Source of the DNA: Candidatus Electronema halotolerans
Lineage (GTDB): Bacteria > Desulfobacterota > Desulfobulbia > Desulfobulbales > Desulfobulbaceae
Length of the DNA stretch: 32,000 nucleotides
Assembly (NCBI GenBank): GCA_942493095.1
Contig: OW818675.1
Span: 2,100,001-2,132,000, forward strand
Reading direction: 5' to 3'
The first letter of the stretch is position 1, and every line of letters begins with the position of its first letter. The notes beneath the pieces were generated by a model that saw only the letters and a list, made by a program, of their open reading frames with translations, was not told the DNA's origin and made no database searches. The position numbers and the translations under genes were made by a program. Shown piece by piece: positions 16,152 through 23,922 of the stretch.

Positions 16152-17447
16152 TCACTCGCTGTAGGAGGTTTTGTTTAGCCAGCGCAGATAGAGCATCCAG
16201 CCGCTGCCGGGGATAATGAAGAGCAGGGCCAGAACCAGCAAGATATTGCGGGGATTTGCGCCCATGTCCATTGCCAAGCCAGTCAGCCAGGTGGAGAGAC
16301 TGAGCACCAAGGTGAGCATGGCCATTTCTGCGGAAAAGACCCGGCCCCGGAAGCGGTCCTCAACGCTGCGGTGAATCAGGGTGGTGCTGAAAATCCACTG
16401 CACTGAGCCGCCGACATGGCCCCAGCAGACCCAGAAGGCGGCCCAGAACATGTTTGGGGACTGACTGAAGAAAATGTAGGCGGCGGACGAAAAGAAGAAT
16501 GCCCAGCCGATCAGCCGCCGCATGGCTGCGGTGCTTTCGCCAAAGAGCCGCCAAGCCAAGATCGGGCCAATGGCCGCGCCCAAGCCGCGCATGGAGAAGA
16601 GAATGCCGCTCATGCTGCCGTGCCCTGATGACGCTGAGGCGAAAACCTGCTCGCCAAAGATAGCCAGCATGACCAGAATGCCGCCGGACAAGGCCCAGCC
16701 GCTCTTGATCAGAAGCAGGACAGCAATGTTGGGCTGGGTCAGCACATAGGAGAAGCCTTCCTTCAGATCATTCCAGCCGCTGATCCTGGCCCAGGAAAAG
16801 ACTGTTTCCGGCTTTCGTTTTCTGGCAGGCAGAAAGACCGAATACATGAAGGCTGCGGAAAGAAGAAAGCTGAAGCTGTCGCCAAGAATGGCGGCCTGCC
16901 AGCCCAGATGGGCAGTGAAAAAACCGCCCAAGGCCGCGCCTGCGGCCAGCATCACTGACCAGGACGCGCCAGACAGGCCGTTGACAATGCTCAGTTCCTC
17001 TTTGCTGCACAGATTGGGAATCGAAGCCTGCCGGGCCGGATTCGCAAAAGCCCAGACTGTTTCTTGAGAAAAGGCGAGCAGATAGATCAGCCAGACTTGG
17101 GATGGCTCCCGAATCAGCAGATAGCCCAGGACCATGACTGCCCGGAGCAGATCGCAGCCAAGGAGAATGGCCTTGCGGCTGTAGCGGTCAGCAATAACAC
17201 CGGCTGCCGGGCCGAAAATGGCCGGGGCCAAATGCTTGGCAATCAGAAACCAGCTCACTGCCTGGCCAGAGCCGGTCAGCTCGCTGAGAAGAACAAAGAT
17301 GGCAATGTAGTTGAACCAGTCGCCGATCTGACTGATGCAGCTCCCTATCCAGTAGCGGCGATAATTGGCGTTGCAGCGCAGCAGGCTGATGTATGAGGAA
17401 AGATGGCCTGCGGTGTAGGTTCTGTTAGATGTTTTTTTTGTATCCAT
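16152..17447 (-). CDS. MFS transporter (MFS_3 / EntS-like exporter type)
   Basis: About 12 predicted TM helices. The N-terminal motif YRRYWIGSCISQIGDWFNYIAIFVLL is typical of the transmembrane-secretion-effector MFS subfamily. The start is set at ATG 17447. The stop lies 1 nt from the YcaO stop, so the genes are convergent. Confidence 0.85.
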   Translation of the reverse strand: MDTKKTSNRTYTAGHLSSYISLLRCNANYRRYWIGSCISQIGDWFNYIAIFVLLSELTGSGQAVSWFLIAKHLAPAIFGPAAGVIADRYSRKAILLGCDLLRAVMVLGYLLIREPSQVWLIYLLAFSQETVWAFANPARQASIPNLCSKEELSIVNGLSGASWSVMLAAGAALGGFFTAHLGWQAAILGDSFSFLLSAAFMYSVFLPARKRKPETVFSWARISGWNDLKEGFSYVLTQPNIAVLLLIKSGWALSGGILVMLAIFGEQVFASASSGHGSMSGILFSMRGLGAAIGPILAWRLFGESTAAMRRLIGWAFFFSSAAYIFFSQSPNMFWAAFWVCWGHVGGSVQWIFSTTLIHRSVEDRFRGRVFSAEMAMLTLVLSLSTWLTGLAMDMGANPRNILLVLALLFIIPGSGWMLYLRWLNKTSYSE

Positions 17448-17470
17448 TACTGCCAAGACAAGCACAAAGA

Positions 17471-17521
17471 TAAAAAAAGACCTGCTTGCTGCTGCTTCTC
17501 AACATGCAGCGAAAGCAGGTC
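17471..17521 (-). terminator. Rho-independent terminator downstream of the protease gene
   Basis: The stem pairs 17479-17492 with 17506-17521 (9 + 5 bp, with a 2-nt bulge). On the minus strand it is followed by T7 (reverse complement of 17472-17478). A second GC-rich 10-bp hairpin lies at 17526-17556. Confidence 0.6.
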
Positions 17522-17590
17522 AGCAGCACCCGTTGGCGGCAGGCGGCAACGGGTGCCGTTCAAAACACTGTGTGCTTGTTATACAACCTC

Positions 17591-18901
17591 TTACTGCTGG
17601 CAGTCAACAGCGCAGTTAAGAGTGTTTTCCGCACCCTCGCAGACACCGTCGCCGCAGCAGTAGCTTGACCAGCAGTCCGAGCAGGAGGAGTCTTCCTTTT
17701 TAGGATGGCAGGTGCCATCGCATTTGCCTTTGAAGCAATCTCCACAGGTGCCGCCGTTCGGGCCGCTGATGCAGTCACTTGGGCAGGAAGAGCAATTTTC
17801 GCCAGTATCGCAAACACCGTTGCCGCATAACGAGACACACTGATCAAGGTCTTCGTTGCAGCTTGCGCTGGTTCCGCAGGGATCGCCGGAGCTGCCGCAT
17901 TGCTGTGTTGCCTCGTTGCACACCTCGCTGCCATTGCAGAAGATTCCATCATCCGCACAAGGTATTGCTGTTCCTGCCTGGCAGGAGCCGCTGACGCACA
18001 TCTCCGCACCGTCACAGTACACCCCGTTGTCGCAGTCGGCATCTGAGGAGCAGCCCACAGGAGTCAGACTGAAATTGGCCATCCCAAAGTTGAGATCATT
18101 GGCATGACCGCTGTACGCCATCCAGAAGGTGCCGTCATTGTTCGGGCCGCTGTTCTCGCCCCAACTGTTCTTGCAGAGATACGCTCCCTTGCTGTCATCC
18201 CAGCCAATCAGCAATATTGCATGGCCGCCTTGGTAGCTGGCAGTTTGGTTGACATACACTTGGCCCGCCGAGCCGTTGTTCCAATAGGTGTAGAAATCGC
18301 TATGAACATCAAAACGGAAATAACTTGGCCCATAGGTGTACAGTGAATTTTTGAAGTCGCTGACAGTGGCGGGCACGGTATGCCAATCAGTCACTTGATA
18401 ACTGAGCTGGGCATTTTGCTCTTCCAAGCATTCTGTCGCGTCAGAAGCGGTATAGGGAAAATAGGATTCGTTTTCCGGCCCCTTGCTTTCCCAATAGCGG
18501 ATGGCTGTGGCACTGCCTCCTGAACAACCCAGCATTGCGGTGTTGCAGGACACCTGCTGCTGTTCGGACAAATCTTCCGGGCCAACTCCATACGCTTTCA
18601 ACAGATGAGACTCAAAGGCGCCAACGCTGGCAAAGGCCCAGCAGGAGCCGCACGAGCCTTGATTCTTGGCAGAAGTCACTATTCCTTCATTGCGGGCATC
18701 GTAGGCAACGGGCAGTTCCCCAGCCATATCCATAGCCGAGAGCTTGAGGTGTTTTTTGTAGAAGTCATTGGGAAGAGGTATGTCACCAAGTTCATATTTC
18801 TGTTGTTTGACAGACTTGGCAAAGCCTTGATTAACTGCAATGGCGCAGATAATGGCCGCAGCAGTCACAAGCACCATCCTGAGCATCATTTTTGTCTTCA
18901 C
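17591..18901 (-). CDS. Secreted papain-family (C1A) cysteine protease with a C-terminal cysteine-rich repeat domain
   Basis: It has a signal peptide and the catalytic Cys motif NQGSCGSCWAFAS, the His motif GGHAILLIGWDD and the Asn/Trp motif KNSWGENSG. The last ~150 aa are Cys/Asp/Gly-rich repeats, including CGNGVCDTGENCSSCPSDC, which resembles the Myxococcus cysteine-rich repeat. The GTG start at 18901 is preceded by GGGAGGAGG. Confidence 0.9.
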   Translation of the reverse strand: MKTKMMLRMVLVTAAAIICAIAVNQGFAKSVKQQKYELGDIPLPNDFYKKHLKLSAMDMAGELPVAYDARNEGIVTSAKNQGSCGSCWAFASVGAFESHLLKAYGVGPEDLSEQQQVSCNTAMLGCSGGSATAIRYWESKGPENESYFPYTASDATECLEEQNAQLSYQVTDWHTVPATVSDFKNSLYTYGPSYFRFDVHSDFYTYWNNGSAGQVYVNQTASYQGGHAILLIGWDDSKGAYLCKNSWGENSGPNNDGTFWMAYSGHANDLNFGMANFSLTPVGCSSDADCDNGVYCDGAEMCVSGSCQAGTAIPCADDGIFCNGSEVCNEATQQCGSSGDPCGTSASCNEDLDQCVSLCGNGVCDTGENCSSCPSDCISGPNGGTCGDCFKGKCDGTCHPKKEDSSCSDCWSSYCCGDGVCEGAENTLNCAVDCQQ

Positions 18902-18935
18902 TGTAAAGCCTCCTCCCTTGCTGATTAAATGAAAT

Positions 18936-18967
18936 AAAAAAGGCAGCCTCCTGTTTGGAGGCTGCCT
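18936..18967 (-). terminator. Rho-independent terminator between the secreted-protein gene and the protease gene
   Basis: A perfect 11-bp stem pairs 18941-18951 with 18957-18967 around a 5-nt loop. A T-run follows on the minus strand (reverse complement of 18936-18940). Confidence 0.7.
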
Positions 18968-18991
18968 TTCACTAAAAACATAATGAGTATT

Positions 18992-20026
18992 TTATTTGCA
19001 GACAGTTGTTGCGGCATGGGCAACAATGTACAGAATATCTGCGTTGCTGGCTGTGACCGTAAACTCGTCCTCGCTGGCATCGGTCAGCTCATGCAGATAG
19101 CCGTATTTGCCAGGAGCAGTTGTTGCAACATTTGTTGTGCCGACATAGAGATGCGTTTCAGACATCGTTGCAACATCAAACATCTCGTAGGCCACGTTGA
19201 CCTGATCACCTTGACGGGTGATAGTTAATGTGCCGACAAGAGTACCCTTGCTAAGATCGTTCTGTCCTGCACCGGCATAAATATCCTTCACGATGGGTTT
19301 AACAGTGTCTCCGGCGGGTACAGTGATCTGCCAGCCCCATCTGGCATTCTTGAGTGTTAAATCATCACTGTCGGCCACGAACGTTTTTTCGCCGAGAGCA
19401 AAGGCTGTTTCGTTGCTGCAGGTTGGTTCAGGAGGAGGAGGCGCGATCTCGTCAACAGGACACGTAAAGTCAATGGAAGCATACATGGCCCAGCTGCCGC
19501 CGGCAAGAATTTGCTGTCCGTCAATCCAGCCAGTCTGGGTGTTGTAACCATCAGCACCGTTGTCTTGGCGTACTGCGGCATGGCCTGCAAGCAGAGCCGA
19601 ACTGTCGCACAAATCCTCTGGGACGGCTGCGTCAAAGGTGGTCAGCGGCACCCTGAATTGATAGGTTGTTTCACCGCTGATGTCGCCAGAAACAAAGGGG
19701 AACCTGCCGATCTGCGGATTGCCTTTTTTATTTGCAGGCATTCCGGCTGCTACAGGATCGTCACCCACGCCAGCCCAAAGATGGGCTTCCGTTAGCTGCC
19801 AGCTGTCATCCGTATTCATGTTGTAGGTGACAAGCAGATCAGTCCCCTCAACTTTGACGCATACTTCACCAGAATCCATCCATTGACCAGCGATCAATGT
19901 CTGACATTCCGATCCTGAGGGGTAATTGGCTAGGAGTTCTGCCTGAGCGGCGAGAGGATAGGAGGTCACAAAGAATGCTGCTAATGCGACCAAACCAGTG
20001 GAGAATGCTGCTGTAGCGGTTTTCAT
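18992..20026 (-). CDS. Secreted protein of unknown function with an internal domain duplication
   Basis: The start is set at ATG 20026 (MKTATAAFSTGLVALAAFFVTSYPLAAQA signal peptide), preceded by GGGAGG. The motif set VxYxM ... E(A/T)HL(W/Y)xG ... (G/A)HAA occurs twice. Confidence 0.75.
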   Translation of the reverse strand: MKTATAAFSTGLVALAAFFVTSYPLAAQAELLANYPSGSECQTLIAGQWMDSGEVCVKVEGTDLLVTYNMNTDDSWQLTEAHLWAGVGDDPVAAGMPANKKGNPQIGRFPFVSGDISGETTYQFRVPLTTFDAAVPEDLCDSSALLAGHAAVRQDNGADGYNTQTGWIDGQQILAGGSWAMYASIDFTCPVDEIAPPPPEPTCSNETAFALGEKTFVADSDDLTLKNARWGWQITVPAGDTVKPIVKDIYAGAGQNDLSKGTLVGTLTITRQGDQVNVAYEMFDVATMSETHLYVGTTNVATTAPGKYGYLHELTDASEDEFTVTASNADILYIVAHAATTVCK

Positions 20027-20189
20027 GACATACCTCCCGGTATTTAACGTGAAGCAGGTAACTCGGCTGTCTCCTATCTTGGAGACCCGTGGCTTTCCGG
20101 CACCGCCTCGCGACGGTTGTGGCTTTATCAACTTCCTGATGCCAGGAAGTGAGCACCCGCTATTATAGCTTCGGCTTATGTCTCTATAT
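20027..20189 (-). promoter_or_regulatory. Structured 5' leader of the secreted-protein gene (three hairpins, two AAAGCCAC boxes)
   Basis: Hairpins lie at 20131-20150 (8-bp stem) and 20069-20086 (6-bp stem), with a third around 20104-20118. The minus-strand octamer AAAGCCAC occurs at 20096..20089 and at 20126..20119, each time 4-5 nt after a hairpin. Confidence 0.4.
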
Positions 20190-20228
20190 ATTAGACCGCA
20201 AAAAAATAAGATTGTCAAGACCGCAAAA
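20190..20228 (-). promoter_or_regulatory. Candidate promoter (TTGACA-17 nt-TCTAAT) flanked by a perfect 11-nt direct repeat
   Basis: The -35 is the reverse complement of 20213-20218 and the -10 is the reverse complement of 20190-20195. The direct repeat agaccgcaaaa lies at 20193-20203 and 20218-20228 and overlaps both promoter hexamers. Confidence 0.35.
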
Positions 20229-20251
20229 TGCTTTTCTTAGCAATCTTTGCC

Positions 20252-21271
20252 TCAACCGTTTGCTCTGGAGCGACTTCTGCGGCGAAAGCAGTCTCGGCCT
20301 GTCTTCATCGCTGCCAGCCCCCACAGAACGCCGCCGCCAATGGCTGCCGCCCGCAGAGCCAGCATAAACGGGGCCAGCATGGCAACTTGTCGATCTTTTT
20401 TAAAGGCTTCCTTGGTGAAAGAGATTGTTTGCAGGAGGAAAAAAAGCACCGATGCCAGCAGGACTGTCAGGCCGACGCGAGGAAGAAACGGCAGCAGCGG
20501 CAAACTAGCAATCGCACAGAATAAGGCCAGAATTTGCAGCTTGAGCGACTGCGGGGTATAGGAATCCTTGAGCATCTTACCGGGATAGAGCCGGTACACC
20601 ATCATCCGCCAATAGCCCCGGCCAAATTTGATATGGAAATAGCGGCGCACTGAGTCCGGGTGATTCAAGTGGCGCACCGATGCCTTGGGCACAAAAATCA
20701 TGGTGTATCCCTGCTCAGACATGCGGTAGGAAAACTCGGTGTCCTCGTTGTTAGCCTCTGGAAAGCGGGTGTCAAAGCCGCCGAGCCGAGTGAAAATTTC
20801 TTTTCTGAAACCGGCGGAATACGTGGCGATCATGTCAATGGAGTCTTGTTGGGCCAGCATTCGGAAGCGTTCCTCAAATTCAAGCTGGGTAAAGCGGGCC
20901 ACAATGCTTTGCTGCTCAGTGCGGTACCCCCCCTTGACTGCCGCCACCTCTGGGCGGGCAAAGGGCGCGGTTATGTCCTCCAGCCAGTTTGGATCAGGCA
21001 CACAATCCGCATCTGTGAAAAAGATCAAACTGCCTTCAGCCAAGGCTGCGCCACGGTTGCGGGCTGCTGCCGGGCCTTGATTTTCCTGAAACACGTAGCG
21101 GACTGCGGGAAACTGGCGCACTGCCTCAGCCGTCTGATCGGTCGAGCCGTCATCAACCACAATGATTTCATAGCGGTTCCTGTCAAGGCTCTGCTGCTCC
21201 AAGGCGGCAAGACAAAGCGGCAACGTTTGTTCTGCATTCCATACTGGAACAATGACGGAATAATCAGGCAT
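20252..21271 (-). CDS. Family 2 glycosyltransferase with a C-terminal membrane domain
   Basis: It has a GT-A fold N-terminus (YSVIVPVWNAEQTLPLCLAAL, IIVVDDGSTDQT, FTDADCVPDPNW) and hydrophobic helices at the C-terminus. The start at ATG 21271 overlaps the radical SAM stop by 8 nt. Confidence 0.85.
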   Translation of the reverse strand: MPDYSVIVPVWNAEQTLPLCLAALEQQSLDRNRYEIIVVDDGSTDQTAEAVRQFPAVRYVFQENQGPAAARNRGAALAEGSLIFFTDADCVPDPNWLEDITAPFARPEVAAVKGGYRTEQQSIVARFTQLEFEERFRMLAQQDSIDMIATYSAGFRKEIFTRLGGFDTRFPEANNEDTEFSYRMSEQGYTMIFVPKASVRHLNHPDSVRRYFHIKFGRGYWRMMVYRLYPGKMLKDSYTPQSLKLQILALFCAIASLPLLPFLPRVGLTVLLASVLFFLLQTISFTKEAFKKDRQVAMLAPFMLALRAAAIGGGVLWGLAAMKTGRDCFRRRSRSRANG

Positions 21272-22748
21272 GATCAGCTCCTTGCCGCAAATCAGAGCCG
21301 AAGAAGAGATATTTGGCAAAGGTGCGGGCGGATTTGAGAGTTCGTTTGATTTCCGCAGGATGCCGGAGCTGCTGCCGAATTTTATAAGCAAGATAAGCAG
21401 GCCGCAGATAGAATTTTTTCCGGGCCTGATCACAGAAGGCGACCAGCTCCTCAGCACTCAAGTTCTCGCCCCGAATGACCGTGTTGTGCAGACCGGAAGG
21501 AGTCAGCCACTGGCTGAAATCCTGCGTCGCAATCAGGCCGCGCTGCTCATACCAGCTATAGGCCGCAGTGCCGGGATAGACCATGACCGGATACATCTGA
21601 ATCGCGTCAGGCCGCAGGCGGATGGCGAAATCTAACGTCTGCTGCATGGTCTCCTTGGTCTCGCCTGGCAGACCGACCATGAAGCAGCCATGAATGAGGA
21701 TGCCAGCCTTTCTTGCCGACTCCATGAACTGCTCTGACTGCTCCAAGCGGATGCCCTTTTTCATGGCATCCAAAAGCTCCTGCGAGCCGCTCTCAAAGCC
21801 GACGCAAAGGCAGCGGCAGCCCGCCTTTTTCATCATCAGCATGGTTTCCAGATCAAGATCAACCCGCGCATTGGCGGTCCAGGAAATTTTGATCTTGCGC
21901 CGGATGATTTCCTCGCAAATAGCAAGGCAGCGTTGCTTGTTGGCCGGAAAGGTGTCGTCCTCAAAAAAGACCGCCTTGACTTCCGGGAACTGCTCGACAA
22001 TGTATTCAACCTCATCGACCACGTTTTTCACGCTGCGGCAGCGCAGGCGGTGGCCCATCATGGTCTGCGGATAGACGCAGAAAAAGCAGCGGTGCGGACA
22101 GCCCCGGCTGGTGGTGATGGTCACCATCGGGAACAGGGCGTTGGGATTGAAATAATGCTGCGGCTCAAGAAAGCGTTTGTAGATCGAGCTGACAAAGGGA
22201 ATGCTGTCCAAATCGTGCAGCGGCTCCCGCCTGCCAGTCTGGATGATTTTGTCTCCTTGCCGCAGCCAGAGGCCGCTGACTTGGCCAAGGTCGCTGCCGT
22301 CTGCGAGCGCGTCCGCCAGTTCTTTGATGATTGCATCAAATTCGCCCTGCGCAACCGCATCCACTGCCGCATTCAGACGCAGGCTTTGTTCCGGCAGGGC
22401 TGAGACATGAGTGCCGACCAGCACCGTGAAGACCGCCCTGCCCTCTTCAGCCAGCGCATGTTTCAGCTTTTCGCAAAATTTGACATCGTTATAAATGCTG
22501 GGCGTGCTGGTTTCGACCACCGCCAAGCTGCTGCTGAATTCCGCAACTCGGCTGAAAATCATGCTCTCGGACAAATCCGCTGCCGGAGCATCAATCAGGT
22601 CAATTTCATGCCCGCCCGCCTCGGCAAAGGCGGCAGCAGAGGCCAGCCATAAGGGATAATAAAGCGTGCCGCTTTTGGTCACTGCCGGACTGCGCTGCGG
22701 GCGGGAAAAATGTTTCAGAAAAGGCGGGTTGATGAAGGATATGCGCAT
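21264..22748 (-). CDS. B12-binding-domain radical SAM enzyme
   Basis: The N-terminal region is like a Rossmann-type cobalamin-binding domain (MRISFINPPF... YYPLWLASAAAFAEAGGHEIDLIDAP). The CxxxCxxC cluster motif is TSRGCPHRCFFCVYP. The start is set at ATG 22748. Confidence 0.9.
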   Translation of the reverse strand: MRISFINPPFLKHFSRPQRSPAVTKSGTLYYPLWLASAAAFAEAGGHEIDLIDAPAADLSESMIFSRVAEFSSSLAVVETSTPSIYNDVKFCEKLKHALAEEGRAVFTVLVGTHVSALPEQSLRLNAAVDAVAQGEFDAIIKELADALADGSDLGQVSGLWLRQGDKIIQTGRREPLHDLDSIPFVSSIYKRFLEPQHYFNPNALFPMVTITTSRGCPHRCFFCVYPQTMMGHRLRCRSVKNVVDEVEYIVEQFPEVKAVFFEDDTFPANKQRCLAICEEIIRRKIKISWTANARVDLDLETMLMMKKAGCRCLCVGFESGSQELLDAMKKGIRLEQSEQFMESARKAGILIHGCFMVGLPGETKETMQQTLDFAIRLRPDAIQMYPVMVYPGTAAYSWYEQRGLIATQDFSQWLTPSGLHNTVIRGENLSAEELVAFCDQARKKFYLRPAYLAYKIRQQLRHPAEIKRTLKSARTFAKYLFFGSDLRQGADHA

Positions 22749-22845
22749 GAATCTGTAATGTTTGCAGGGAAAAATAAGCAATACGAGAGAATGTTCAGCA
22801 GCGTTGCCGCGCCGTTCTGCTGTCCGGCACGGCGTTTCTGAGCAT

Positions 22846-23625
22846 CTACCCTTCAGTCAGGCCGCTTGGACTGTCAGAAAGACTGAAGTAGGGCAGGAGC
22901 AGGTCTTCCATGCTGTAAAAGCCTGCTGGACGGCCTTTGAGATTGTCAACCGCGAAGAGAATGCCGTTGCCAAAGGCTTCACGGGTGATCGACTCATGCC
23001 GCAGACGGACGGTCTGATAAGGAAAACCGAAGAGCATTTCATGCACCCCGATGATCCCGCCCGCCCGGACCGACTTGATTTCCTCCTCCGGCAAACCCAA
23101 AGTGCGGGCGATGATCTTGGCTGTGCCGGAAACTTCTTGTTTCTCCCGGAAATGCTCCTCAACGATTTCAATATCTGTGTAAGGGGCAATGTTTTTCAGG
23201 ATTTTGGCGGCAATAAGGAGAAAGTTGATGCCGACCGTGATGTTGGGCGAGTGCATGACCACAGTGCGTTCGGCTAATTGATGGAGCCGCGCCAGCGTCG
23301 CCTCTGGATACTTGGAGATGGCGCTGATGATGGTGATGCCAAGTTCAGCCGCTGTTTCGCCGTAATAGTCAATGCCTTCCTCAGAGGAAAAGTCAATCAC
23401 CGCGTCAACAGGAAACCTGCGCAGCAGCTCTGCGGCGCTGAACTCATCTTTTGAGTAAAGCAGGCCTGGCTCTTCTGATTCAACGCCCAAAAATTCAGGC
23501 ACAGAGCGGTGCTCCAGCTTGTGGGAGCGGCGCACCACCCATTGCAGCTTGGTCTGTTTTGATTCCAGCAGCACCGAAGCAACTGCCTTGCCTGTCTTGC
23601 CAAAGCCGATAATGCCGACCTTCAT
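22846..23625 (-). CDS. DapB-family (4-hydroxy-tetrahydrodipicolinate reductase-like) NAD(P)-binding oxidoreductase with an atypical active-site motif
   Basis: It is colinear with DapB: Rossmann fold MKVGIIGFGKTGKAV, then NITVGINF, DIEIVEEHFREKQEVSGTA (compare EAHHRHKVDAPSGTA in E. coli DapB), VRAGGIIGVHE and GFYSMEDLL. The start at ATG 23625 is preceded by AGGAGG. Confidence 0.75.
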   Translation of the reverse strand: MKVGIIGFGKTGKAVASVLLESKQTKLQWVVRRSHKLEHRSVPEFLGVESEEPGLLYSKDEFSAAELLRRFPVDAVIDFSSEEGIDYYGETAAELGITIISAISKYPEATLARLHQLAERTVVMHSPNITVGINFLLIAAKILKNIAPYTDIEIVEEHFREKQEVSGTAKIIARTLGLPEEEIKSVRAGGIIGVHEMLFGFPYQTVRLRHESITREAFGNGILFAVDNLKGRPAGFYSMEDLLLPYFSLSDSPSGLTEG

Positions 23626-23922
23626 TATTGCACCTCCTTGGGCGGTAGAAAAAAGATGCGGACACGGGCGGCTGCCTGTCCTGCCTGCGGAAATCCAGCC
23701 ATTGCCGCCGCCTGCACCGAACAATCAGGCAAAGAAGACTCCTTGGCTGCTTGGGAGCCTGCTGAAGAACGGCACAGGAATCGGAACACAGGAAGGCGGT
23801 TTTGTGATGCGGCCTGCGAAGGGCTATGGCAGACTGCGGGTTTCCTCACTTCAATGTACCTGCTGGAACCCTTGCGGGTCAAGGAAGGAAATGGTTGCGG
23901 CAGGACGGGAGAGGTGCGCTTC
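23626..23922 (-). promoter_or_regulatory. 297-nt untranslated leader with a candidate promoter and a terminator-like hairpin just upstream of the RBS
   Basis: On the minus strand, TTGACC (23882..23877) is followed by an 18-nt spacer and TACATT (23858..23853). A hairpin at 23660-23681 is followed on the minus strand by T6 (reverse complement of 23649-23654). That T6 ends about 24 nt before the start codon. Confidence 0.35.

Noticed and set aside
17560-18042. A 160-aa alternative-frame ORF in the Cys-rich tail region of the protease gene.
   Set aside because: It is an Ala/Thr-rich out-of-frame reading of the same strand. The protease frame is continuous and ends just before a terminator.
20660-21337. 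A 225-aa plus-strand ORF opposite the GT2 gene. Similar antisense ORFs lie at 23638-24354 and 26842-27588.
   Set aside because: All are antisense to confidently assigned genes and have no independent support.
23626-23922. A cobalamin, lysine or SAM riboswitch upstream of the DapB-like/B12-rSAM operon.
   Set aside because: I could not find a B12 box (GCCACTG-type core), L-box or SAM-I conserved segments by eye. The region is kept only as an unclassified structured-leader candidate.
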